Below, one piece after another: positions 17,514-26,797 of a stretch of 58,064 nucleotides of DNA. The stretch lies in assembly GCA_947467185.1 (NCBI GenBank), contig CANIHR010000001.1, forward strand, positions 1-58,064. The letters run 5' to 3'. Below the pieces are notes generated by a model. It was not told the origin of the DNA, made no database searches, and was given only the letters and a program-made list of their open reading frames with translations. This DNA comes from Bryobacterales bacterium. GTDB taxonomy: Bacteria > Acidobacteriota > Terriglobia > Bryobacterales > Bryobacteraceae. The translations under genes were made by a program, and so were the position numbers. Numbering within the stretch: the first letter of the stretch is position 1; each line of letters begins with the position of its first letter.

Positions 17514-17825
17514 GTGCCTGACGATCCGAATTCCGCAGTTATGCTAAGGGACCTGTCCAGTTCCGGCGCTGGACGTAAACCGGGGATTGCCGTCGCACTT
17601 CGGCAGTCGCCGGGCCCCAATTACCTGGTGGTTGTGGAGTCTCCAAACACCGATTTCGCCGCAGGCACACTGGTGGAACTCTCTTTGCCCGACCGCCTTT
17701 GTCTGGGCGAAATCTTATCCCGGGAGGGAAACCTGGTGATCATCAGGCCGGAACATACCCTTCAACGGGAGGCGCTGGATGACATCCGGAAAAACTGGAA
17801 GCAAGTTGCGCCCCTGGCCTGTTAG
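17514..17825 (+). CDS. Small hypothetical protein
   Basis: 103-aa ORF with a GTG start (alternative ATG at 17541). Same strand as, and 12 nt upstream of, the WecA-like gene. No recognisable motifs except an isolated D-x-S-x-x-G. Confidence 0.4.
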   Translation: MPDDPNSAVMLRDLSSSGAGRKPGIAVALRQSPGPNYLVVVESPNTDFAAGTLVELSLPDRLCLGEILSREGNLVIIRPEHTLQREALDDIRKNWKQVAPLAC

Positions 17826-17837
17826 CATTTCAAGCGT

Positions 17838-19238
17838 ATGCATGTAAGCCCCATTACGATGGCCGCGGTAAAAGCCCTCGGCATTTCTCTGGTGCTTACC
17901 CCCATTGTTCGCGATGTCTTCCGGGCATACAACGTGGTGGATCGCCCCGGTCGCCGCAAGGTTCATGCTTACCCCATCCCCCGCGTAGGGGGTATTCCCA
18001 TAGCGGTTGGCTTTCTGGTTGCGATGCTCAGCCTGGCTACCCCCACGGGAGCGGTGCCCCGCGACTGGATATGGGCGTTACTTCCGGGCGCTGTCGCGAT
18101 TTTTGCCACCGGCCTGATTGACGATTTCTTCAACCTGAAGCCAGTCGTGAAACTGGCTGGCCAGATTGGAGCTGCCCTCCTGATTTACGCGAACGGAATC
18201 CGCGTCGTCAATCTTGGCAGCCTGCATCTCCCCGAGTGGGCCAGCCTGGCACTTACTGTCTTCTGGCTGTTGCTGGCCACTAACGCCCTGAATCTGATCG
18301 ACGGCCTTGACGGCCTGTGTGCTGGCATGGGCTTCTTTGCCGCCCTGTCCCTGGGGCTGGCCGCAACCCTGCAGCATAACTCTCCCATCATCTACATCGC
18401 CTTCCCCCTGGCGGCCGCCCAATTGGGCTTCCTTGTCTACAACCTGAACTCCGCAACCGTCTTCCTCGGTGATTCCGGCGCCCTCACCATTGGGTTCCTG
18501 CTGGGCGTGCTCGGGCTCATCTGGACAGAAGAAAGTTCTACGCTGGCAGGGATTGCGCCGCCTCTTCTGGCGATGGCCATACCCCTTTTTGACGTCCTGA
18601 TCTCTGTTGTCCGGCGTTACCTCAAGAACCACGCTCTCTTCGGCGCCGACCGGGGCCATACCCATCACCGTTTGCTGGACCGGGGTCTCACTGTCCGTCA
18701 GGCAACAGGCACCCTCTATCTGGTGGCCATGGCAGGCGGCCTGTTCGCCATATTGCTGGCCTGGAAGCCGCTGGCGACGGGGTACCACGCCGGCGTGCTC
18801 GCGGCCTTCTGTGTCGTCTGCATCGCCGGAATCAGGGAGTTGCGTTACCCTGAATTTGAGGCCACAAAGACTCTCTTGCTGGGTGAATTCCGAAAGGCCG
18901 TTGCGGCAAAAGCACGACTGGGACAGCTGCGGGAGACCCTTGGCCGCGCAACCAGTGACAGAGAGTGGTGGGACGCCCTGGTTCGGGCCGGCAGAGAAGA
19001 GGGATTCGTTTCCCTGGTATGGGACGGCCCCGCCGGACGGCAACAGACGAACGCTCCCCCCGGCGATGAGGCCTGGCGTTTTGAGATAAGCCTGACCGCG
19101 GGCGAAACCATTGAGGTTTACGGCGGCGTGGCTCAGTCGGCTGGCTCTCTGAATCTTCCCGAGCTGTCCAGCATTCTGCGAGAGACGTTCGCTCAAATCC
19201 GGAGTCGTGCCGACCAACCGGTGGCGCGCCAGGTCTGA
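17838..19238 (+). CDS. Polyprenyl-phosphate N-acetylhexosamine-1-phosphate transferase (WecA/MraY-type, Glycos_transf_4) with ~130-aa C-terminal extension
   Basis: VDRPGRRKVHAYPIPRVGG, GLIDDFFNLKP, NALNLIDGLDGL, VFLGDSGALTIG. The soluble-looking tail starts around residue 335. Confidence 0.8.
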   Translation: MHVSPITMAAVKALGISLVLTPIVRDVFRAYNVVDRPGRRKVHAYPIPRVGGIPIAVGFLVAMLSLATPTGAVPRDWIWALLPGAVAIFATGLIDDFFNLKPVVKLAGQIGAALLIYANGIRVVNLGSLHLPEWASLALTVFWLLLATNALNLIDGLDGLCAGMGFFAALSLGLAATLQHNSPIIYIAFPLAAAQLGFLVYNLNSATVFLGDSGALTIGFLLGVLGLIWTEESSTLAGIAPPLLAMAIPLFDVLISVVRRYLKNHALFGADRGHTHHRLLDRGLTVRQATGTLYLVAMAGGLFAILLAWKPLATGYHAGVLAAFCVVCIAGIRELRYPEFEATKTLLLGEFRKAVAAKARLGQLRETLGRATSDREWWDALVRAGREEGFVSLVWDGPAGRQQTNAPPGDEAWRFEISLTAGETIEVYGGVAQSAGSLNLPELSSILRETFAQIRSRADQPVARQV

Positions 19239-19240
19239 AT

Positions 19241-20554
19241 ATGCTCCGGCAGCAGCCCCCCCGGCGATTCACGGAACTGGCACTAATCTCGGCGTCATTC
19301 GGTGCCGTTTATGGCACCTACCTCCAGTACTTCAACGACGGCCTGCCACTCGACAAAACCCTGCTGGGCTGTGTCGCCGCCATCCTCGCATTCTGGCTTT
19401 CCTCTCAGCTGAAAGAGACCTCGGAGGATGATTCCAACTTCCGCGCCGTCTTAATCGAGCAGTTTTGCTTCGGAGCCGGTCTCAGTTTGCTCGCACACGC
19501 GCTGGTCCCGTACGGCCTGCTGGCGAGGCGAACACCCTTCCTGGTGGTTGGTGGCAGCCTGCTTTCCGCCATCCTGGTCACTCTCTGGCGCCGCTTCACT
19601 CGCCCCGACATTCAGGACAGAGATCGCCTCCTGCTGGTCGGCTTTGACAACCTCACCGCTGGTCTGCTCTCGTCCCTTCGGAAACCGGTCTGCGGCGTTT
19701 GCGGACCTTTTTCCGGAGACCTCCCGCCCGGAATCACGTTTTTGGGGCCGCTACAGAACTTCGAACAGATTGTCGCCGAAACGCAGCCCACAGACATCCT
19801 GATCGGCGTCCCCAACTGGGACAACGTAGTCTCACCGGCCGTTCTTCTCAATTTACGCAGGCGGGGTATTCGCATCACCGAATCGTCTCTGCTCTACGAG
19901 AAGGTATTCTCCCGAGTGTGTTGCGAGCGCTTGCAACCCGTTGACCTCATACTCTCCTCCACTCTGCGCGGAGACAGCCGGACCATGGCGATTCAAGCCG
20001 TCTACAACAATCTGATTGGCCTCACGTGCCTGCTCCTGCTGGCCCCCGTGATGCTGCTGTTCGCGATCCTCATCCGGCTCACTTCGGGGCCCGGCCCGGT
20101 CATCGAGAGCCTTGCCTGCGCCGGTTTCCAGTACATCCCCTTCAGGCTGCAGCGCTTCCGGACGACTACCCGCGAGGGTTTGACGACCGGGGTTGGACGC
20201 GTGCTGCAGGCGCTCCACCTCAACAATCTGCCGCAACTTATCAATGTCGTTCGCGGCGATATGGCACTCGTCGGCCCCCGCCCTGTACGCAGCGAATTCG
20301 CCGAACACCTCTCGGCGCTTATGCCGTTTTATGCCCAGCGGTTTTCGGTGAAACCGGGCCTGACCGGCTGGGCGCAAATCCATCTTTCCCCGCAGGAAGT
20401 CGCCGACACCCGCAGCGAGATTGAATACGATCTCTTCTACATCAAGGAGAGTTCGCTTTGGCTGGACCTCGAAATTCTTCTCGATGGTCTGTCTTCAATG
20501 AAAACCGCGCCTGCCGCCCCAGGCGGACTTCAGCCGGAAGGGAATGCGGCGTGA
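19241..20554 (+). CDS. Bacterial sugar transferase family protein (WbaP/EpsB-like, large type) with divergent catalytic motif
   Basis: N-terminal TM block. C-terminal LPQLINVVRGDMALVGPRP...VKPGLTGWAQI...YDLFYIKESSLWLDLEIL. The usual LDELPQL reads LHLNNLPQL here. Confidence 0.8.
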   Translation: MLRQQPPRRFTELALISASFGAVYGTYLQYFNDGLPLDKTLLGCVAAILAFWLSSQLKETSEDDSNFRAVLIEQFCFGAGLSLLAHALVPYGLLARRTPFLVVGGSLLSAILVTLWRRFTRPDIQDRDRLLLVGFDNLTAGLLSSLRKPVCGVCGPFSGDLPPGITFLGPLQNFEQIVAETQPTDILIGVPNWDNVVSPAVLLNLRRRGIRITESSLLYEKVFSRVCCERLQPVDLILSSTLRGDSRTMAIQAVYNNLIGLTCLLLLAPVMLLFAILIRLTSGPGPVIESLACAGFQYIPFRLQRFRTTTREGLTTGVGRVLQALHLNNLPQLINVVRGDMALVGPRPVRSEFAEHLSALMPFYAQRFSVKPGLTGWAQIHLSPQEVADTRSEIEYDLFYIKESSLWLDLEILLDGLSSMKTAPAAPGGLQPEGNAA

Positions 20555-21732
20555 ACGAGGCTTTTTCGGCGTGGCTGCTGGTGGCCACGGGAGCTTGCGG
20601 CGCCATCTACATCATTGCCGGCTATCCCCTTCTGCTCTGGAAACTCCAGGGACGAAAGGCCCCGCCTGTCGCCAAAGACCAGGACTTTCGCCCCACCGTC
20701 TCAGTCGTGATGGCCGTTTTCAACGGGGAGAAACTGGTAGAGGCCAAGCTCGACACCCTGTTCGCGCAGGAGTACCCGGCGGACCACCTCGAAATCATTA
20801 TCGTCTCTGATGGCTCCACCGACCGGACGGTTCCGCTCATCCGGCAATACGCCGCAGCCCACACGAATTCGCTGTATCCCCGGATCGTCCTGATTGAAGC
20901 TCCCAAAGGAGGGAAAGCAGCCTGCCTGAATCTGGGGATCGCGCGGGCACAGGGCGAGGTCCTCTTCTTCACTGACGTCCGTCAACCCATGGACCCTGCC
21001 GCTCTCCGACATCTGGCCGCCAATTTCGCTGACCCCACCATCGGCGCAGTCACCGGCGAAATGCACCTGCGGCGCGGCGATGGCGGCGAACAGGCCGACA
21101 TGGACCTCTATTGGCGATACGAAATCTGGGCCCGCTCCCGACAGTCGGAAATCGACTCACTTTTCAATACCACCGGCTGTATCTACGCGATGCGCCGCTC
21201 GCTCGCCGCCCCCATTCCCCCGGACACCCTGACTGACGACGCCGTTCTCCCCCTGCGAGCCTTTTTCTCCGGGTACCGTGTTATCTTCGACCCGGCCGCC
21301 ATCGCCTGGGACTTCCCTGCCGTGGCCGGAACGGAGTTCCGCCGCCGATTCCGGACCCTGGCCGGCCTCTGGCAGGTCTACGCACGACTCCCTCGCCTCT
21401 TCACCAGCGGCAACCGGATGCGCTGGCACTTCCTGTCGCACAAATTCGGCCGCCTGGCCCTGCCCTGGATGCTGCTGCTGGTACTGACGGGCTCCCTGCT
21501 GGCCCCCTCCGGAATCCTCAGGACCGCACTACTGACTACCCAGGCAGGGCTGGTCGTGCTGGCAGTCGTGAACTCGATCATTCCCGAAGCTTCCGCGCTG
21601 AAGCGCCTTTCCTCTCCGGCGAGAACATTTTTGGTGATGAATCTGGCGGCGCTGGCGGCGGTCTCCGTCTTCTTTCTGCCAGCCTCCATTATCTGGAAGC
21701 CGACCCAAACCAGTCCGGCTAAAACAAGCTAA
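20551..21732 (+). CDS. Family 2 glycosyltransferase with C-terminal TM segments
   Basis: GTG at 20551 overlaps the upstream stop (GTGA). VSVVMAVFNGEKLVEAKLDTLFAQEYPADHLEIIIVSDGSTD, and FFTDVRQ (DxD-like). Confidence 0.8.
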   Translation: MNEAFSAWLLVATGACGAIYIIAGYPLLLWKLQGRKAPPVAKDQDFRPTVSVVMAVFNGEKLVEAKLDTLFAQEYPADHLEIIIVSDGSTDRTVPLIRQYAAAHTNSLYPRIVLIEAPKGGKAACLNLGIARAQGEVLFFTDVRQPMDPAALRHLAANFADPTIGAVTGEMHLRRGDGGEQADMDLYWRYEIWARSRQSEIDSLFNTTGCIYAMRRSLAAPIPPDTLTDDAVLPLRAFFSGYRVIFDPAAIAWDFPAVAGTEFRRRFRTLAGLWQVYARLPRLFTSGNRMRWHFLSHKFGRLALPWMLLLVLTGSLLAPSGILRTALLTTQAGLVVLAVVNSIIPEASALKRLSSPARTFLVMNLAALAAVSVFFLPASIIWKPTQTSPAKTS

Positions 21733-23048
21733 ACAAACAGGTCTTTCAGGGCCAGCATCAGGACGGCAGAGTCGAGGGACGGGGCCAGATTTTTCACGTA
21801 GTAGAGGTCGTACTCCAGTCGCCGCAGGGTGTCCACGTTGCCTTCGCCATAGCGATGCACCTGTTCCCAGCCGGTCAGCCCTGGTTTCACGGAATAGCGC
21901 TGGCGATAAAACGGCAGCAATCGGCTGAGTTCCTCGACATACTCCGGGCGCTCCGGCGCTGGACCAACAATCAGCATTTGGCCCTTCACCACATTCCATA
22001 ACTGCGGCAAACGATGGAGTCCCCTCCTCTGCAGCCACTCCCCCCCGGCAACGCCTGCCGTCCGGAATGAATAGAGAGTAAACGGCACACCATCCAACCC
22101 GACCCGCAGCCCTTCCAGCAGGATTGGCCCGGAGGAAGTGACCAGTATCAGCAGGGCCACCACAAGCAGGACGGGCAACAGCACCACCAGAAGCAGCGCA
22201 GCCAGAATCGGCGAATAGATCGCCTGTAACCGGGAAGTCGAGGGGTCCGGTTCAAAGAGGTCGGAAAAAATGAAGCGCGGAGGCCAGGCGCCGGAAGCGT
22301 GAATCCGGCCAAACGTCCGCTCATAGAGAGCGCTCACATCTTCAATCTGTATCCCGCCGAAGTCCAGCTCCAGGAAGGTCTGACTCCATTCCGGCTTGAC
22401 TTCCTCCCGGCGCGCGATCACGAGGGAGCCAGGTTGCGCCTCTTCAATCACAGAGTCGAGCTCGGAAAAGCCGCCCAGCCACGGAAGGGGTGAGGCCTCG
22501 GCTCCCGCGGGAGCGAAATCCGACAAATACCCGATCGGCATTACTCCCAGTTCCGGATGTGCCAAAAGGTGCGCCGCCAGTTCACGCGCGGTTGGGGAAA
22601 TCCCCACAAACAGCAACCGCCGCGCCGACTGGTCGTCCCGCGCTGCCGCATCAAACAACAACCGCCAGGCGATCAGCGCCAACAGCGCCAGCGGACTCCC
22701 GATCAGCATCATCTTCGTGGGAATCGTCAGGTCGCGAGCAACGTAATGAATCAGCCCCTGGCCAATGAATGCGTCTCCAAAGACAGAGATCAGTTCCTGA
22801 ATCAGTTCCAGCCGGCTGGGAATTCGCACCTGCGAATAAAGATTGCGGAAGTACAGGCCCAGCAGGATGGTGCCCGCCACAACCGCCACCCGCTGGAAGC
22901 CGGCATCGAACTGAACAAAGGCGCCGATCTCGGCGATATCGGGGTCTACCCAGGCCGCAAGAAAGTAGCAACCGAACAGTATTGCCGTTTCCGTAAGCAC
23001 CAGCGTCAGGATGCGAGCAGGGATCGCGACGCTGAGAATGCGGATCAT
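21729..23048 (-). CDS. Second bacterial sugar transferase family protein (EpsB-like) with divergent catalytic motif
   Basis: Convergent with the GT2 gene, with a 4-nt overlap. LPQLWNVVKGQMLIVGPAPERP...VKPGLTGWEQV...YDLYYVKN. The usual LDELPQL reads GLHRLPQL, and GPRP reads GPAP. Confidence 0.8.
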   Translation of the reverse strand: MIRILSVAIPARILTLVLTETAILFGCYFLAAWVDPDIAEIGAFVQFDAGFQRVAVVAGTILLGLYFRNLYSQVRIPSRLELIQELISVFGDAFIGQGLIHYVARDLTIPTKMMLIGSPLALLALIAWRLLFDAAARDDQSARRLLFVGISPTARELAAHLLAHPELGVMPIGYLSDFAPAGAEASPLPWLGGFSELDSVIEEAQPGSLVIARREEVKPEWSQTFLELDFGGIQIEDVSALYERTFGRIHASGAWPPRFIFSDLFEPDPSTSRLQAIYSPILAALLLVVLLPVLLVVALLILVTSSGPILLEGLRVGLDGVPFTLYSFRTAGVAGGEWLQRRGLHRLPQLWNVVKGQMLIVGPAPERPEYVEELSRLLPFYRQRYSVKPGLTGWEQVHRYGEGNVDTLRRLEYDLYYVKNLAPSLDSAVLMLALKDLFV

Positions 23049-23078
23049 TTCACACCTATTATCGCGGAACGCACCCCG

Positions 23079-26000
23079 CTAGTGCGCGAGGCTCTCGAAA
23101 GTATCCCGGCCACAAATCCGTTCGATTTCGCCTTTGAATTCTTTGTCGGGCCGGACCTTCGCCGGAACGTCGAGAATCAGCGAGAAGTCGCGGGGCGCTT
23201 CGAGTTTCAGTCGGACGCCCGCCGTGCCCGGCTTGCGGGCGAACAGCGCCTGCAGTTCCGCCGCACGGTCGATGCCGTTCTTACCCACCGGAACCTTGAT
23301 GCTAATCAGGCTGGGCATCGGCACGCGAACCACATCCAGCGGAATCAGTTCCTTCACGGAAATCTTGGTTGGGTTGCCCTCTTCGGGCAGCGCCAAACCA
23401 CGTACCAGCACGGCCTTATCTTCTTCCAGCATGGCGGCAATACTGTCGTAGGTGGTGGTGAACGCCATCGCGTCGGTGGCCCCCAGACGATCTTCCAGCA
23501 CGAACGACGCCCACGGCTTGCCTTCTTTATTACGCCGCCGCTGGATCCCGGTCATCACACCGCAGATCGCAACTTCCGTGCCCTTTTCCAGACCTTCCAG
23601 CTTCGAAGAATCGTGCGAAGCGATCTCCGAAATCTTGTCGGCGTAGTCATCCAGAGGATGCCCGGAAACATAGAACCCGAGCATTTCCTTCTCACCGACC
23701 AACTTCTCCTTCGGAGTCCAGTCCGGAGCCTTCGGCAGTACCGGTTCCGGGTGTTCCTCCTCCGTGAAGCCGCCGAACAGCCCTTCCTGTCCCGACGCAC
23801 GGTCCTTCGCCGCTCGCGCAGCAGCTTCCATGGCGCCATCCAGCGCCAGCAGCAACTGGGAGCGGGTCCCTTCCAGCCCATCCATCGCGCCCGCTTTGAT
23901 CAGACTTTCCATCACGCGGCGGTTTACCGCCGTCATGTCCGTCTTTTCGCAAAGCTGGTAAATTGACTTGAATGTTCCGTGTTCCCGGCGCGCCGCGATT
24001 ATCGCTTCCACCGCACCCTGCCCCACGTTTTTCACCGCGCCCATGCCGAAGCGGATGGCATCGCCCAGCTCGTCGCGGGTCGGCGTAAAGGTCAGTTCCG
24101 AGTGGTTCACGTCCGGCGGCAGAACGCGAATACCCATGTCGCGGCATTCGTTGATGTACTTCACCACCTTGGCGACGTTGCCGGTTTCCGAAGTGAGCAG
24201 CGCGGCCATGAAATCGACCGGATAATGCGCCTTCAGATACGCGGTAACAAACGCCAGAAATGCATAGGCAGCCGAGTGCGACTTATTGAAGCCGTAACCC
24301 GCGAACTGCTCCATCAGATCAAAGATCTTCTCGATCTTCTTCTGCGGATGACCCCGTTCCAGCGCGCCCGCCACAAACCGCACGCGCTGCTTCACCATCT
24401 CCTCGGGCTTCTTCTTACCCATGGCGCGGCGAAGCATGTCGGCATCGCCCAACGAGTAGCCCGCCAGACGATTCGAGATCTGCATCACCTGCTCCTGATA
24501 GAGGATGATGCCGAACGTCTCGCCGAGCAGTTCTTTCAGTTCCGGCAGGTCATAGACCACCGATTTACGGCCGTGTTTGCGCTCAATGAAGTCATCGAGC
24601 ATGCCGCCCTGGATCGGACCCGGGCGATACAGCGCGTTGAGCGCCGTCAGATCTTCAATCCGGCTCGGCTGGTAGCGGCGCAGAATGTCGCGCATACCGG
24701 GCGATTCGAACTGGAACACGCCCGAGGTAAAACCCTTACAGAAGACATCGTAAGCTCCCGGATCTTCCACCGGAAGCTCATCGATCACTACGTCCACGCC
24801 ATGCCGGCGTTTGATCATCTTCTGCGCATCATCAATCAGCGTCAGCGTGGTGAGACCGAGGAAGTCCATTTTCAGGACGCCCATCTTCTCAATGCCATCC
24901 ATGTCGTACTGGGTGACAATTTCCTCTTTGGCCGTCCGGGACAACGGCACCAGAGTCTTCAGCGGCACCGGCGCGATTACGACAGCCGAAGCATGGACCG
25001 AAGCGTTCCGGGCGAAGCCTTCCAGGCGCTGCGCCACGTCGAGGACTTCCTTCACGCGAGGATCTTTCGCCGCCAGGTCTTTAAACCCGGGCTCCTGTGC
25101 GATCGCGTCCTTCAGCTTGATACCGAGGGTATTCGGCACCAGCTTGGTGATGCGGTCCACGTCCGCAAAGCTCAGTTCCAGCACCCGGCCCACGTCTTTA
25201 ATCGCGGCGCGAGTGGCAAGCGTATTGAACGTGATGATCTGCGCCACCTGGTCGCGACCATACTTCTCGGTCACGTACTGGATCACTTCGCCGCGCCGGT
25301 GCATGCAGAAGTCAACGTCGATATCAGGCATGCTGATGCGTTCCGGATTCAGGAAGCGCTCGAACAGTAACCCGTACTGCATCGGGTCCACGTCGGTAAT
25401 CGACATGGCATAACCCACCAGGCTGCCGGCAGCCGAACCGCGGCCCGGACCCACCGGAATCCCAATCGATTTCGCATACCGAATGAAGTCCCAGACGATC
25501 AGGAAGTAGCCGGGAAACTGCATCTTCTGGATCATCGCGATCTCGCGTTCCAGACGTTCCACGTACTCAGCCAGATCGTGCTTCAGCCAGCCCGAGGCGC
25601 GCAGAGCTTCCAGGCGCGGACGTCGGCGTTCAAATCCCTGCCGCGCCACGTAGGCGAAGTATGTATCGGTGTTAAACGTCTCCGGAATATCGAAACGCGG
25701 GAAGGGATCGTCTACCTTCCCCAGCTTCACTTTGCAGCGCTGGGCGATTTCCCAGGGACGATTTACCGCATCTTCCAGCTCGCCGAACAATGCCATCATC
25801 TGGTCCCGGGTCTTCAGATAGAACTCCGGGTTATCCCAGTGCATCCGCTTGGGATCGTTGATCGTCTTCCCCGTCGAGATGCACATCAGAATCTCGTGGG
25901 CGCGGGCATCGTCCTTGCGGAGATAGTGCGAGTCGTTGGTGACCACCATCGGGATGCCGGTGTCGATCGACAACCGATTCACCTGCGGTGTCAGCCGCTT

Positions 26001-26549
26001 GTCCTGCTCCAGCCCGTGGTCCTGGATTTCGAGAAAGAAATTCTCCTTCCCGAACATCTCCTGATAGCCGTACGCGTAGCGTTTGGCTTCGTCGTACTTG
26101 TCGTTGAGAATGCTCTCGTTCAGGTCGCCGCGAAGACAGGCGGAAAGGCAAATCAGCCCCTTCGAATGCTTCGCCAGCAGGTCTTTATCGACGCGGGGCT
26201 TGTAGTAAAAGCCTTCCAGATAGGCCGTCGACACCAGGTTCATCAGATTCTGATAACCTTCCTGGTTTTCGCACAAAAGCACCAGGTGGTTGTAGCGGTC
26301 CGTATCGGACCGGACCTTCATACCCTGACCCGAGACGTAAACTTCACAGCCAATGACCGGCCGGATGCCCTTCGCATTCGCCGCGTTGTAGAACGGAACC
26401 GCGCCAAACAGATTGCCGTGGTCCGTCATGCCGACGGCAGGCATCTTCTGCTCCTCGCACACCTGCATGAGCTGATCGATCTCGCAGGCTCCATCGAGCA
26501 ACGAGTAATCGGTGTGGTTGTGGAGATGGACGAAAGGGATGTCGGACAT
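23079..26549 (-). CDS. dnaE: DNA polymerase III alpha subunit
   Basis: 1156 aa. PHP domain (FVHLHNHTDYSLLDG), the characteristic polymerase core, and an OB-fold near the C-terminus. Confidence 0.97.
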   Translation of the reverse strand: MSDIPFVHLHNHTDYSLLDGACEIDQLMQVCEEQKMPAVGMTDHGNLFGAVPFYNAANAKGIRPVIGCEVYVSGQGMKVRSDTDRYNHLVLLCENQEGYQNLMNLVSTAYLEGFYYKPRVDKDLLAKHSKGLICLSACLRGDLNESILNDKYDEAKRYAYGYQEMFGKENFFLEIQDHGLEQDKRLTPQVNRLSIDTGIPMVVTNDSHYLRKDDARAHEILMCISTGKTINDPKRMHWDNPEFYLKTRDQMMALFGELEDAVNRPWEIAQRCKVKLGKVDDPFPRFDIPETFNTDTYFAYVARQGFERRRPRLEALRASGWLKHDLAEYVERLEREIAMIQKMQFPGYFLIVWDFIRYAKSIGIPVGPGRGSAAGSLVGYAMSITDVDPMQYGLLFERFLNPERISMPDIDVDFCMHRRGEVIQYVTEKYGRDQVAQIITFNTLATRAAIKDVGRVLELSFADVDRITKLVPNTLGIKLKDAIAQEPGFKDLAAKDPRVKEVLDVAQRLEGFARNASVHASAVVIAPVPLKTLVPLSRTAKEEIVTQYDMDGIEKMGVLKMDFLGLTTLTLIDDAQKMIKRRHGVDVVIDELPVEDPGAYDVFCKGFTSGVFQFESPGMRDILRRYQPSRIEDLTALNALYRPGPIQGGMLDDFIERKHGRKSVVYDLPELKELLGETFGIILYQEQVMQISNRLAGYSLGDADMLRRAMGKKKPEEMVKQRVRFVAGALERGHPQKKIEKIFDLMEQFAGYGFNKSHSAAYAFLAFVTAYLKAHYPVDFMAALLTSETGNVAKVVKYINECRDMGIRVLPPDVNHSELTFTPTRDELGDAIRFGMGAVKNVGQGAVEAIIAARREHGTFKSIYQLCEKTDMTAVNRRVMESLIKAGAMDGLEGTRSQLLLALDGAMEAAARAAKDRASGQEGLFGGFTEEEHPEPVLPKAPDWTPKEKLVGEKEMLGFYVSGHPLDDYADKISEIASHDSSKLEGLEKGTEVAICGVMTGIQRRRNKEGKPWASFVLEDRLGATDAMAFTTTYDSIAAMLEEDKAVLVRGLALPEEGNPTKISVKELIPLDVVRVPMPSLISIKVPVGKNGIDRAAELQALFARKPGTAGVRLKLEAPRDFSLILDVPAKVRPDKEFKGEIERICGRDTFESLAH

Positions 26550-26797
26550 AGTTCGGTGCGGCGTCTCTCTTGCTGGCCGGGCGAACGATTTCGCCAGGCT
26601 CCAGGCCTTCGGGGGAGGTCATCCTATTTTAGCTGGCACCCGTGCCTGAACGAAAAGTCGGAAACTTCACAAAAACCTGTTCCATAACTGCCCCCCAGCG
26701 CCGTCTAAGCGAAATTTCACGGAAACGTTCGCCTTGATATATCAGGACGCCGTCTCAGTTTGGTAAACTTTCAGGAGTCCCCCGGTCTCCCTGAACC

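Noticed and set aside
17514-17825. Small ORF as a PilZ-domain c-di-GMP receptor
   Set aside because: Only a DxSxxG-like string (DLSSSG) is present, at the extreme N-terminus. There is no room for the upstream RxxxR motif, and no in-frame start lies further upstream.
18078-19217. 379-aa minus-strand ORF inside the WecA-like gene
   Set aside because: It is an antisense artefact. The plus strand shows the Glycos_transf_4 motifs.
26634-26648. TGGCAC...TGC resembling a sigma-54 promoter upstream of actA
   Set aside because: The GG-to-GC spacing is about 9 nt instead of the required about 12, and the -12 element TTGC is absent.
22557-26687. Long plus-strand ORFs (22557..23966, 23979..25370, 25578..26687) opposite the sugar transferase and dnaE
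   Set aside because: They are R/H/Q-rich shadow frames of strongly supported minus-strand genes. One even spans an intergenic gap, which argues against real coding.
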